A stretch of DNA of 63,948 bases, filler included, from Cercozoa sp. M6MM (GCA_040357565.1; 16 parts of 16 records of this genome joined end to end with filler, not necessarily neighbours in it); one strand, 5' to 3'. Shown: positions 13,027 through 25,487, counted from the first letter of the whole stretch. The notes: generated by a model from the sequence alone, not told the origin. A program made the numbers and translations.

Positions 13027-13467
13027 ATGCTGTATTCGCTGTACGTGTTCGTAAGGAATGGGCATTGTGTCCATGAACGGCATTGGTCGGCAGCTCGGCC
13101 GGACGGTGGCCTTCCCTCCCAGAAGCAGTCGCCCTCGGGAGTGTCGGCCCGAACAGGCACGCAGCGAACCTTTGCGGACAAACCGTTCGACTCAATGGGT
13201 GCCGAGAATCGCACGCTGAGTCGGTCGGAACGGCGGCGCCTCGTGTTTGGCCTGTGCTTTGCGCTGCAGTCGCTCGGCAGCAAGCTGGCGCCTGTCGCGT
13301 ACGCCTGCTCTTTGACGTGTGTGCATGTGTGTGTAGTGCATCAGAGGTATCGTGCACTTGCAGACAAGAGGAGCAGGAGGTGGGCGAGCTACGCTCACTC
13401 AGCACACAGCGCTGGCGACTCGAGCACCTGCGCTCGCCCACCGGTCTTCGCATGGCGCTGCTTATGA
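13027..13467 (+). CDS. TRAPPC1: TRAPP complex subunit 1 (Bet5, sybindin/longin family), 3' partial
   Basis: MLYSLYVFVRNGHCVHERHW...RRLVFGLCFALQSLGSKLAP|...LSTQRWRLEHLRSPTGLRMALL matches the Bet5 pattern. Confidence 0.8.
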   Translation: MLYSLYVFVRNGHCVHERHWSAARPDGGLPSQKQSPSGVSARTGTQRTFADKPFDSMGAENRTLSRSERRRLVFGLCFALQSLGSKLAPVAYACSLTCVHVCVVHQRYRALADKRSRRWASYAHSAHSAGDSSTCARPPVFAWRCL

Positions 13468-13560
13468 GGTCTTTCGTTCTTTGTATGTACACGTGGACTC
13501 TTTTGCATATATATACATTTATTACTTGTATTAGTGTTATACATTGTAAAAAATAATACA

Positions 13561-13604
<44 letters not shown>

Positions 13605-13794
13605 TTTTATATTAGATATATCTAATATAAAAAATATATATNNNNNNNNNNNNNNNNNNNNNNNNNNNNNNNNNNNNNNNNNNNNTTAATTAATTAANNN
13701 NNNNNNNNNNNNNNNNNNNNNNNNNNNNNNNNNNNNNNNNNTATATATATATATATATATATATAGTATATTGTATAAGTGTGTGTCCCTGTAG

Positions 13795-14178
13795 CATGCG
13801 GCAGGCCTACACTGCCCTGTCGCGCGCCCTGCTGCTGGCCGGACACGGCGTCGTCGCCCTGCCGGCACGCGCCTACGAACGCGACGGAGGCGTCGCCTTC
13901 TGCCGCTCGCTGCTGCGCGGCGTGCCGAGTAACTGCCCTCCTCCTCTACAATGGCACTCCCATCACGCCAGGGTTAATCCTGGTGTCAACTTAGGTGCCG
14001 TGCTGCGGAGTATGGCCGGTGCCAGCGAGGCACTGTCGCGTGCCATGGCGAGTCTGCGCAACCAGCTGGACCCCGAGGGTACCATAGCTCCTGGCCTGGC
14101 CGCGCCTGCGTGTCTCTGCATCTCCTTCTTTGTGCAGGCGCCAGGGAACGACGCCGCACCTACAAATCAAGACAATGA
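13795..14178 (+). CDS. ATG2: Autophagy protein ATG2, C-terminal exons (ATG_C)
   Basis: MRQAYTALSRAL...VVALPARAYERDGG...LLRGVP|GAVLRSMAGASEALSRAMASLRNQLDPE|GARERRRTYKSRQ* matches the ATG2 C-terminal consensus (EA.S....G.RN.LDP....KYK). Confidence 0.8.
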
Positions 14179-14461
14179 CGTCGCGTTAATCACTAAACTT
14201 CTCTTAGTTTTCTATGTCTCTGCTGTGACGGAAGCAGTCGTACTGTACCTGATACAGTACAATATGTACAATACGGTGCGGCACTGCACAATTGATTTAA
14301 TAAAACACTTGTGAGTTCCGATCGCAACTAGCTCCTACTGAAACACGCGGTCAGGTGCTGGATTGGTTCGGGATTATTGTGCGGTAATCGTGATCTGGTG
14401 GCTTTTCCGTCGTGGCATCACAGCAGAAAGCGCGCGATCTGGGGCTTCTTCTTGAACAGGG

Positions 14462-14861
14462 ATGGCGCTGCTGAGATCGCTGAACGCGCGTCAGCGGGCG
14501 GCCGTACTGCGTCCGTTTCCGTCGGCCACGGTAGCTTGGGCTTGTCGGGAGGCAGAGTACAGAGTGTTGAATCTCCTTGTTTTAACAGCTGGTGCGATCG
14601 GGGCCAGGCAGCGGCAAGACGCGTAACTCTTTTGCTGCCCTGCTTTAAGTGGGCGGTCTGTATCTGGGTGTCCATGCTTGTGTGTTGTGTGGCAGGCGTG
14701 ATTGTTGCGCGCATTGTTCATTTGATTCAAGCGAGGTATGTGTCTGTGTCTATGTCTGTGACTGTGTCTGTGACTGTGCCTATGTCCTTGCCATACCTAG
14801 CGAGGTGCCCAACAAGACCGATGTGGCCAGTCAGATCTACGCACTTACGTTCACCAACAAG
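14462..14861 (+). CDS. UvrD/PcrA/Srs2-family SF1A helicase, N-terminal exons
   Basis: Q motif LNARQRAAV, Walker A LVRSGPGSGKTRVIVARI and motif Ia ALTFTNK, across four exons. Confidence 0.9.
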
Positions 14862-14998
14862 GTTTGTATCTTTACCCCCCCCCCCCCCTTATCTCTTTNN
14901 NNNNNNNNNNNNNNNNNNNNNNNNNNNNNNNNNNNNNNNNNNTTAATTAATTAANNNNNNNNNNNNNNNNNNNNNNNNNNNNNNNNNNNNNNNNNNNN

Positions 14999-15278
14999 AG
15001 AACCCATCGAGCCGAAGAAGTCGCGTCCCAGCGGAAACTCGTCGTCCTCCTCCGAGACCTCGTCCTGCCCGTCGGCACCGACCAGTGGCACCGCCGACAG
15101 TCGCAGGCGCTCCGACACCGCTCCGCGCGTACTCGGCACTGGCTGCACATCACACACACACAAGGTCAACTGCAGGCTAGGGCAGGCAGGGGGGGCAAAC
15201 CTTGTCATTCTCAGAGTCACGTTGCAGCAGCAGCGCCGGCTGCTGCACTTGCTGCAGCAGCGCAAACGACGCCGTCAT
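14999..15278 (-). CDS. Hypothetical protein, 5' part only
   Basis: MTASFALLQQ...NDK|PVPSTRGAV...DEVSEEDDEFPLGRDFF runs off the contig end. Confidence 0.45.
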
Positions 15279-15516
15279 CTGCACCGACAACAAGCGATCA
15301 AACCGTCACAAAAACAACACGAATTTGATTGCTGCACAATACGGGCCTTAGCAAGCCCCTAAATGCCAGATCAGGCATTTGTGCTGTAAGTGCACACGCT
15401 CACAGCACAGCATCGCCGACCAGAACACACAGCAACCTACCAAACCGAGTCCAACAAACGGTACCTCCCGGAACTGTGCCTATGAACGAAAAGCTTTTCT
15501 AAACTGCACAACGGTA

Positions 15517-16800
15517 CTATGTCTCACTTGCTAGACAAATGAACTTGCCAAGAACGGAGCTCTGATCTGCGCAATAATTAAACATTTCCAGCGCAACTTT
15601 GAGCCAACCATGAAGTCGTCTTTGTCCGGGGGACGGCAAAGCTGTATGATCATACCTAAGCGGGTGGTAAACACGGTCATGATCGCGACCCACCGCGGAC
15701 TGGTACAAGAACTAGAAAGTTGGTCTCAGAGAAGACTCAACGAACTAATTTTCGACCACTCTCCGAGTTTCTCGGAGTCAGGAACTTGATCGCTTCCTCG
15801 GGATAAACTTACACCAGCTTCTCCAGCAAGGGTTTATCCTGAAGCACCTGCTGCAGCAGACATTCTGCGACCACCTTGATGACTTTGTTCCCGCTTGAAG
15901 TTTTTCCAGGCGTCCTGTTGCCATGCTTCAAACCTAAATTTAGTTCCGCGCAAAAGCACACCGAAGAGGACATCAGATCCATAGGATCGTCACGCTTTGT
16001 CGGAAAGGTAAAACTAACAGTGGGTCGAAGTTTGCAGAGACGCTCGTCCAGCGGCGTCTCCTCCTTTTGCAGAGGTGTAAAGAGGTAACAGGCGAGTAAA
16101 TTTACAGGTGCGGTGGGGAGGGAGCAAACTACCGGCTGCTGCATGGCCGAAATCGTGGCCGCCCAGCGAATCGCATGAGCGAATATAAAGGGAGGGTAAC
16201 GGGACATCGAGCGCCGCTCTCTCCAAACGCAGTTCCGTTATTCGAAAGTTACTTTCATTCCTGCTGCACTTCATTTCTGCACTGTTTTGACAGTTTGGCG
16301 CACTGTGCTCACTTAACATGTGTACCTAATGCATGGATGAAAATGATGGCACTACTCTCCGCAAGTGCACTAATAACCAGTACGACCTTTTCTACATGTG
16401 GCCCACGCGAAGTTCGAGGAGCCGCCATTCGTGGAAGTGCCAGTCAAGGCGATCAAGGCGAAGAAGATCAAGGCGAGAAAGCGGAAGTCTAATCGTGAGT
16501 GACTGTTCGCTTTCCCCGCTAGCTTTGTGCAGGGCAAGTCTTAGATCACCAAGGTTCAGTACAAGTGACAAGGACGCCACTCTTGCTCACCTGGCTTTGT
16601 CGCACTAGTTTCTCGCGGTGCGTAGAGTCTTCTCTTCGCTGTGTCGGCGGGTGCACCCAACTGACAGAAACTGCAAGTAATTTAGAAACTGGCATTCGGA
16701 GAAACTCCGCTGTAAAGTTACTACAACCCGACGTCCCAAAGCCACATTCGCAGGTACTGCACTGGGCACGGTCCTTTCTTCCACCGTCTGTATTGAAAGC
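15517..16800 (-). CDS. Probable multi-exon hypothetical protein (boundaries uncertain)
   Basis: A typical C-rich GT-AG intron near 16065-16132 joins AMQQP|EETPLDERL, and other open segments flank it. I could not build a full model. Confidence 0.3.
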
Positions 16801-16980
16801 ACACAGAACGCAAAAAGAACTCTGATCTTATCACAATTTTAAAAAATACAACGACAGAAAGCGCGTTTAAGACTTACGACCCAGCGCCAGGTTCATTACT
16901 GGCGTTGTGCTACTGTACAGTTCGTGCCACGGGGCACGATGAACAAAATCGAACTAAACTATCTCGGTTCTCGGTGAAAC

Positions 16981-17712
16981 ATGCGCGCACTTCGGAGCCA
17001 GCGCCGCTACCGCGCTGCCAGACGCCTCAACTCGCAGCTAGGTGACCGCTTTCTCTCTTGGTGTTGGGGTGCTGGAGATGTGTTGTTCTGCAGTGGGCGG
17101 AGTGCCGAGTCCTGGCAGTTCAGGGGCCAAATCAAGCGCAGATTTGGGCCCGGCATTGGTGGACGCCATCAATGCGTATGTGGCTCACTACAGAGTCCCG
17201 ATAGCAATGACGCTCACCGCACTGGCTTCCTCTGTATATTTCGTGACACACCAACAAACGCAGCGTATGTCTAGGCTGTTTGAAGTGTATGTGCCGTAAT
17301 TTTGGACCTTGTCGTGCGTAGAAGTTCGGCAAGAGTTGAAAGCCGAGATGAAAAGCTTCAAAGACGAGATGAAAGCCGAGATGACGAGTTTTAAAAACGA
17401 GTTCGCGGGTACAGTGTTCTGGTTTAACTTGAGCGCGACATCGTTTTCCATCTATCGGCTTTTTGGTAGCACACGAGCAGCGCATCTTTGGTGAGTTTGT
17501 GTCTGGTGTGTGTTTCGTGTTTTTCGGTTGACTGCAGAGAAACCTGCTTTTGTTTTGTTGTCGCGTCGGCAGCCTTGGTGTCGATCCAACGAGGCGCAGC
17601 GGCTGTGCAGATGGACGGTAAGCCCCGCACCCCTGGCCGGGCCCACCCGACCCAGAGAACCACAAAACCCACGGAAGATGACAGTCCGGCGCCCGAATTG
17701 GACCCTGAGTAA
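16981..17712 (+). CDS. Small membrane-anchored coiled-coil protein
   Basis: Arg-rich N-terminus, hydrophobic VPIAMTLTALASSVYFV, then an 11-residue repeat VRQELKAEMKSFKDEMKAEMTSFKNEF. Confidence 0.5.
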
Positions 17713-18453
17713 TCAACCAACAACCAACGCAATCACTCGACTGATTAACTTGCATCTCGTGCTTCGTTTCTTACGTTACGCTCATGTGCGGTGACAGACA
17801 GTATCCGCAGCCAGGCCAGTGAGGGTGTGGAAAGGGACTCCTGTTCGTTACACCGCACCTCCTGGACTCGGTAATTTTATTTCCGCTCCGATCCGTCTTG
17901 TGGGAACGCTCAGAAGATCGAGCATTGACTTCAAGATGTTGACTTTTTCCGCTCGAACGTTGCATTTGTGTACGGAACTGACACACACCCAGCAAGAAAA
18001 ACGGAAGCCGTGAGCCTGCGGCAATCGCATCACATCATATCACATCACAATGCACTCGAGCACGACGAGATCGTCGCCATGCTCGCGCCCTATTCGCTAT
18101 TTTTTTGAAGCCACCAACCATTCGCCGTCCAGCTTCATTTACATCGGTTACTTTTTGTTTTGTACTTCATGCACGATTTTCGGAAACGACGATCTGTAAA
18201 AGCCACTGCTGCAGTCGTTTCCGACAGACCTCCAGTTACCGTATCAATCAGTCGGGTATCACGTGACTTGCCGGCGAAACGGCCACTGAGTCAAAGTCCC
18301 CCACTCAAAACCAACGAGCTTCTGGTGCAAGGTGTAGTGTTTTCGTTTTGGATTAATATTGGCGTCTGGTGCGCAGAGTTTTTGTGACACCTGCTTGTCG
18401 GAGCGTTAAGGCCTCAGCTTGGCCTTGGTCGCCCAGAGGACTGTTTTCACAGC

Positions 18454-20066
18454 ATGTGGATCCTCGCCCCGCTCCTTGCAGTGGGCACGCAAGCTGCTGT
18501 GCGTACGGACACTACATTTGGTAATAGTTTGTTTGCATTGATCGGGTGATCGTTCACCTGGTTGGGTCGCTGGTCGATTCTGACCAGGTTAATGTTGAGG
18601 CGAGCGTGTCAAAATCGATCTCCATTCTTGGTGATTATGTACGTTCAGACATCGCGATCGCCTATCCTGATGACAGTTTTGGGCGCACGCTGGCTGAGGC
18701 GATCAATCATACTGTAAAATTATCCAACTCCGTGGAATTTAAATTCTGCTCGCCTTTGGAAAGAGTCGTTTCTGTGTAGTTTCACGACATCTCGAACGAT
18801 GTCGGTGTCGGCATTACAGGCAACCAGTTGCTGCCGTCCTCAGTGGCCCTTATTCTGCACGAGTATCCCGATGACTCGAGTAGGTATTTGTTTCCATACA
18901 CGAAGTGCTCACAAAACTTGCACTTCTTGAACGTCATATCCCTCCTTTCCAGTGAAGCGCTGTTCCACTCGCTCCGCGCGTCAGGAATCGACACAGGCGC
19001 GAAAGGACGCAACACGACCGATGTCGTCGCCACGGACGTCGTTGTTGGGCACCTTTACTCGGGCAGCAGCACGATTTGGGCCGACACCATGCGCGAGTTC
19101 GGTGTGCCTCTGATCTCGCCGAGTGGTACGCGACATCACTCCTGTGCATGACTAGCCTGTTTTTCAGTCTCAATTCTGCAGCCACGTCGACCGCTCTTAG
19201 CGATCGAGCCGGCTACCCAACTTTCAATAGGGTCATTGCCTCCAACATTGGTCAGGCACAAGTAATGGGCGCACTTGTCGTTTCCATGGTATCACTACGC
19301 CCTTTCCGAGCTTCTTTTGAAACTACAAATATTGTTTTATTTAGCGCTGGGACTTTCTCTTTATTGTGCACGAGGACGAGTCTTACTCGAGCGATCTTGC
19401 AGCGCAGCTTGACACACAGTCCCATGAGTACTTCTACACGGTGCCCTTGACAACAGTATCATTTTATTCGGTCACCTGACAATGAGCGTAGGTTAGAGGA
19501 AAAGAAAAACTTGCAAGCACGCCTTCTGACGAAGAATGTGACGCAGTGGTACGTTTACTATCTTTTCTTGGCCTTTAAACAAAGCACTCGCAATGGCAGC
19601 TGGATAAAATCGTGGAGAGTCGTACCCATCTCATTTCGCTTGTCGGTTACGAGCTGGCCGTGGCCCGACTTCTCTATCGTGCTGGTACATTGCCTTACCG
19701 TACAACCAAGTTACAAAAACGAGTCCGATATTTGAATTCAGGCCTCCGCGGCATGTTGGAGAAGCCGTACGTATGGATTGGTGGCGATACCGTCGGCGCG
19801 GATACGCTTTTTCCCGTGGTACACGATCAGTTCATCTTCCGGTGTCTTACGATATGCTGATATGTGTGCTTGTGCGTAGTTCACGGGCATTAGTGGCGCC
19901 CCAGCAGATGTGTTGAATGGAAGCTTGTTTGCCATTGCGCCGGCTGGTCCCGACAATGGTATGTTTAGACTCGTGTTTGCATGTATCCACTGTGCTGGAA
20001 CATATTTTCCTTAGAAATTCGCACGGACTTTTGTACGCGGCACTATGCGGGCCGTCCGTGCACTGC
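18454..20066 (+). CDS. Receptor ectodomain, ANF-receptor/Venus-flytrap (periplasmic binding type 1), 3' partial
   Basis: Signal-peptide-like MWILAPLLAVGTQA; VVVGHLYSGSS, FGVPLISP|AATSTALSDRAGYPTFNRVIASNIGQA, RWDFLFIVHEDESYS, GMLEKPYVWIG. Confidence 0.85.
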
Positions 20067-20075
20067 GTACGTTGC

Positions 20076-20124
<49 letters not shown>

Positions 20125-20268
20125 NNNNNNNNNNNNNNNNNNNNNNNNNNNNNNNNNNNNNNNNNNNNTTAATTAATTAANNNNNNNNNNNNNNNNNNNN
20201 NNNNNNNNNNNNNNNNNNNNNNNNACACACACACACACACACACACACATACACACACACACACACAC

Positions 20269-21548
20269 TCAGTCGGCACTCCAGCGGCCAGCGGCAAGGA
20301 TTCACTGTGAAAAATACCGGATTGTTGCTGGCGTGGCCAACGCCCTTGACATCGAAAATGTCACCTTCACACGCCGGCTCCTGCACACGTGTAAAAAGTA
20401 GGACGGCCTTGCAACACCAGATGTCAGATCTATGGTAAACTTACGTATACGCCGTCTCTCGGCGCCGTACCGTTCAGCATGACCACGAGATGCTCACGCA
20501 GTTCCGGGAGATACACGTAGCCTATATTAAGACATACATTTTACAGTAGCTTAGATTACATTTAAGTTTACTTCGCACTCAGAGAGCAGAAAGAGGGGGA
20601 AAATTGAGAAGGAGACGATACTCAAAACAGGCGCCAGAAAGGTTTCTTTTCGCTTGTAATCACCGGTTCCGTTTTCTCGCCGAACAAGATGCAGAACATA
20701 CTGCTCAAGTCGTGTTGGTCCAAAGAACAGTCGATCGCGCGCTTTTCGTAACTGTAAGTCAGTTTGCTTCCGTTAGAGCAGACAACAACAGCCAATAGAA
20801 GAAAGTAATGAAGTGAACGAACCGTTTTAATGACGTAATGTTTGGTAAACACGAAGAGCTCTCCCCTGTGAGGAACCAAGGTGAAAGTAGCAATAGTGAG
20901 TATCAGGCAGGAGTAAAAGGGGCAGAAGTAATAGAAAGAAAAAGGAAACGTCGAACGTACGACCTCGACGCGTCTCCTCCTGCACTAAAATCCTTCGCCG
21001 TCTCCCGTAGCTCCAAGGCAATACTGCCTTTATCCATTCTGTAGGCTTGGCGTATCGGGTCAAGCTGCGCGTCTTGGGGCACTTGTGCACCAGCGTTTTC
21101 TGTTTTATTAGTAATTTAACTTACTCGAGCGATTCAGGTACAAACTCATCCAACAGAACACGATACCAAGGTAGGCGATCACTGCTTGCTTCAAGGGACT
21201 CACAGGCGATTCTTGTCGGACAACACTGCGAGATATGCTCGAACCTGGCGACATTGGCTCTCTGCCGGCCTGTGTCTCCGCGAAAGCCCAGGCCAGCAGC
21301 GCAGACGGTCGCTGCTCCTCCTCGGCGAGGAAGCGACATGGCGAGTTCACTGCCTGATCAGCTCCGGGCCAAGCGGAGCAGGCACGCATAAGTTCCTCAA
21401 CGCTCCGGTATTCCGCAGCGGGGATGTGAAGTCGCACCAATGGTGGCAGCACAGGCACATCAGGTCGGTGCACACTTCTGACGACGCCATCATTGCTGAT
21501 AAGGAACAGCCGCTTGTGCAAAATCGAGCTAAACACGTCGACTCCACG
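20269..21548 (-). CDS. Divergent phosphatidylinositol phosphate kinase (PIP5K-like), partial at both ends
   Basis: Spliced GGDASRSGELFVFTKHYVIKT|LRK...LEQYVLHL...TFLAPVL...HLVVMLN...DIFDVKG corresponds to the PIPK G-loop, IIK, VVMxN and YDLKG motifs. Confidence 0.7.
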
Positions 21549-21648
21549 NNNNNNNNNNNNNNNNNNNNNNNNNNNNNNNNNNNNNNNNNNNNTTAATTAA
21601 TTAANNNNNNNNNNNNNNNNNNNNNNNNNNNNNNNNNNNNNNNNNNNN

Positions 21649-21696
<48 letters not shown>

Positions 21697-21711
21697 CACA
21701 AAGCTTCAAAC

Positions 21712-24700
21712 CGCTTTGCTCTTGCTTGTCTTCTTCGACAGGAGCAGCGGCATCAACGGCGGCCTTGTCGGCAGCGGCTTCGACCTTGTCGGCGACAGTG
21801 TCGACGGCGGCGTAGACCGACGGCACCAGAGTCGCCACTTCGGCCAGGTTGTTGGACAGCACGTGCATCAGCATGGCGTAGTGCTGCTGCGCCAGAGCAC
21901 TTCGCACCGTGCCCAGTGCCAGGTCGATGCACATGCCCTGTCACACACACACACACACACACACAAGCAATAGATACACATGCCTCGCGCTCGCTAAAGC
22001 ATTGCTTTTTGAAATTTCGAAATTAACGCAAAGCTTTGCTTTGGTAATTTCGAAACTGACAAAGCTTTTCGTTGAGAGGAGGCGAGCGCTACCTCAACAT
22101 CCGGCACCGGCGACTGCGACAGCGTGATGTCGAGACGGTCCAGCGCCAGCAGCGGCACGAGAACCTGAACGAAGCAACTCAACTCAACTCACTCAACTCA
22201 AAGCAACTCAACTAAACTCAACTCAACTCAAAGCAACTCAACTCAACTCAAAGCAACTCAACTTAAAGTAAAAAAAGACGGTACCTCAGGCGAGAAGGAC
22301 GACGTCGCCGACAGGTCAAAATTCGTGAGCTGCATGACGGCATTGTCCGACGCATCGTCTTCGACTGTCACACAAACAGTAACAACAAAATAACAACAAC
22401 AACAACAACATACAAAATAACAACAACAACAACAACAGCACTAAACAACAACAAACAACAACAAACAAAAAAACAACAAAACACAAAAAAACAACAAAAC
22501 ACAAAAAACAAACAAAAACAACAAAAAACACAAAACAACAAAAAATAACAAAAAACAAAACAAAACAAAAACAACAAAACAAAAAAAACAAAACAAAAAC
22601 AACAAAACAAAAACAACAAAACAAATAAACAACAAAACAAATAAACAACAAAACAAAAACAACAACAACAACACACCAGTGTCCAACGCGAGTTCCAGCG
22701 CCACGCGCAGCCACTGATCGTCGTTGGACGCACGCGGCAGTGTCACCTACGCAGTCACACACGTGCACGATCATAATCGATCACTAGCGATCACTGACGA
22801 TCACTCGCGATCACTGATCGATCATATGCGATCAAAGTACCGAGATATCACGCATCTCGACATGCACGTGCGGAATACTCTGTCGCAGTGTTTTCGGCGT
22901 TTCTTGCGGCGTTTCTTGCGGCAGCTGGGCGCTCTGGTCGGCCTCGGCGTCGACCTCTTCGACCTGGACGCTGCTGCCGCCAGACTGCTGCGCGATCAGC
23001 TGGGCCTACCGCACGGGGGGTAGGGGTACGGGGGGGGGGGGTAATTGGGTAATTGGGGGGTGTAACTGGGGGGGTAGGTGTAGGTGTAGGGTGTCAGGGG
23101 AAGATGGTAGGTAGGGGTAGGGTGTAGGGGTAGGGGAAGGGGTAGCAGGTAGGGTGTAGGGATAGGGGTAGGAGTAGGGGTAGGGGAAGGGGTAGCAGGT
23201 AGGTGTAGGGGTAGCAGGTAGCAGGGGGTAGGGAAGGGGTAAGGGGTAGGGTGTAGGGGTAGCAGGTAGCAGGTAGGGTGCAGGGTAAAATGTAGGGGGT
23301 CGGGATAGAGGGGACAAGGGGGCAAACTACCAGCGGCCCGTGCGACAGCAGCAGCGCGAGCACCTCGTTGAGGAAGCGCATGCAGAGTCGCACCTCGAGG
23401 CCGCTCATGCCGGCCGAGACCTCCATGTCGTGTCCGCAGTAGTCGCTCTGGCCCGTCTCCGAGTGCATACGCACCGACGCCGCGATCAGTCGCTGCTCCG
23501 ACGCGCCGCCGCTCTCCTCCGCGCGGACAGCCGGACGACTGGTCACCACGGCGCGGTGGTCGGCTCCGCGCGGAGACAGGTCTGTCACCTCCAGCGCGCG
23601 CATGCCCACGTCCGCGTCCAGAGCGCCACTCTCGTACATACGCACGTCGGCGTCCACCCTGCGGGGGGGTAAACAGGGGGGGGGGTAAACAGGGGGTAAA
23701 CAGGGGGGGGGGCAAAAACGCACCCGGCCAGCGCGAGCAGCGCGAGTCGGTGACGGTGCGCGTTGATGCGCACGGTGACACCGCCGAGATCAGCGTGCAG
23801 CGCCAGTGTGCACAACGATGTCCGCAAAGTCTTCATTTTCGGCTCCTCCGAGGTCACTTGGTTTTCGTCCTCGTCCGCGCGGACCGTGTCCTTGTGGTCA
23901 CGACGCTGCTGCTCTGCATCAGCGTTGCTGCCGCCGGTCGAGTCGGCTGTCAGTGGCGCCAGTGCTGGCGGCAAACTCGTCAGCGCAAAGTCGCTCAGGT
24001 GCGCCAGTGTACCTGTGTAAAACCACGTTGAGTCGAAATAGCTTTGCTTTACTTTGAGTTGAAACAGCTTTGCTTTGCAACAACTTGAGTTGAAACAGCT
24101 TTGCTTTGAGTTGAAATAGCTTTGCTTTGAGTTGGAACAGCTTCGCTTTTGAGTCGCGAGAGAGAGAGAGAGAGAGAGTACCCGGGTTGACCGAGACGAC
24201 CAGAGTGCCAGCACCGAGAGCGACGTCGACTTCGGTGCCGTCAAAGATCGGCGAGTCACGCGCGATCTGGTGCAGTTTCACCTTGAAGAACTCGCCTTGT
24301 TTCGTGTCTTCACAGGGGTCAACCACTTTCTAAAAAAGCGAAAACAAGCAAGCCAAACAATGTAATGCTGACCTTGCTGCTGACTCGTGGTGTGCACAAT
24401 GTCGCCAAAGTCGCTTTCAGTTGGATCAAACACGCGCAGACTGCCGACTTGCAACGCCACGCGCAAATCGCTCGAGCGAACCGCCAAGTGCGCACCCACA
24501 CCTGCAGAAACACACACCTTCACTTCACACGGCTCATCTCCCTCTTTCCTCGTCCCGAGCAGTACCCTCGATACGAGCTTCCAACACCGGCGCTGCCGGC
24601 GAGCGCATCTCTTCGATGCCATCCTCGCTCAGCGTGAATTTCAGCTGAGTCGGTCCAACATAATAACATAAAAACTCAAAATGCCCCACTCAACCCAACT

Positions 24701-25408
24701 GACCCCTCATTCACTCAGTTAGACTGCAACACACCAAATGAACAGCTGCATCCAAATTGAACAGTTTATTCATCGCCTGGCGCAGTTTGTCTTCCTGTCA
24801 AACAGATTACAGTCTCCGCGCGGATGCAGGCAAATACGAAAAAGAAAACATGCTCAAGCGACAACAGACCTTGGTCAGCATGGTTTCCGCGATCTGTTCC
24901 GACGTGACTTGAATATCCTTCGATGTCACTTGCTGCTCCGTTTCCAGCGGGTCCTACAAAAAGTAAAGCAAAAAAAGAAAGTAAGTAAAAGCAGAGGCAA
25001 AAAAGCAAAGGCAAAAGAAAGAAATATCGACCAGTTGCAGTCGCTCTTGCTTCATCTTGGCGTACTCGTCCCAGAAGTTTTCGACGCGACGACGCACCTC
25101 CTTGGACGACTCCGTCTCGGCAGTGATTGTAGCCAGCACTTGCGACAGTCGGTACAGCTTAGACGTCGACATGGCCACCTCGATCTGCGGAATGACGAGT
25201 TCGATCACGGCGTTCGGCAGCGATGGCTCCGCGCCGAACAGCGACTGCACAGTGCGTTGGTTTCAATAGCAATCACTCCCCTTTAACCCCCCCCCCCCCC
25301 GTCCTCAAGAGAGTCTACCGTGTGCGCCAGAATGCCGATGTTGAACAGCGGCACCAAAAACAACTCCTGTCCATCCGGCTCGCGAAGTAGTACAGCGACG
25401 TTTCGCAC
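21712..25408 (-). CDS. VPS13: VPS13-family bridge-like lipid transfer protein, internal fragment
   Basis: Repeating beta-groove-like segments: DSPIFDGTEVDVALGAGTLVVSVNPGTL, MSGLEVRLCMRFLNEVL, QQHYAMLMHVLSNNLAE. Confidence 0.7.
22372..22675. repeat. Intronic (AAC/AAAAC)-rich low-complexity tract
   Basis: Seen directly; it produces the spurious C/F/V-rich ORFs in the track. Confidence 0.95.
23012..23325. repeat. Intronic degenerate TAGGGG/TAGCAGG array (C-rich on the sense strand)
   Basis: Seen directly; many G3-G5 runs. Confidence 0.9.
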
Positions 25409-25440
25409 CTACCGAGAAACACAACAAAACGCGTCACTCG

Positions 25441-25487
<47 letters not shown>

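Noticed and set aside
15640-16190. Decayed LTR-retrotransposon integrase on the plus strand (IIPK...H, FSRRPVA, TNSGSKF, ANRMSE)
   Set aside because: The D-to-E spacing is wrong (about 55 codons rather than 35), the motifs are in mixed frames, and a typical host intron on the minus strand explains the region better.
21330-21548. Copia RNase H-like P....RAKHVD on the plus strand
   Set aside because: It is antisense to an open exon that splices in frame into the PIP kinase gene.
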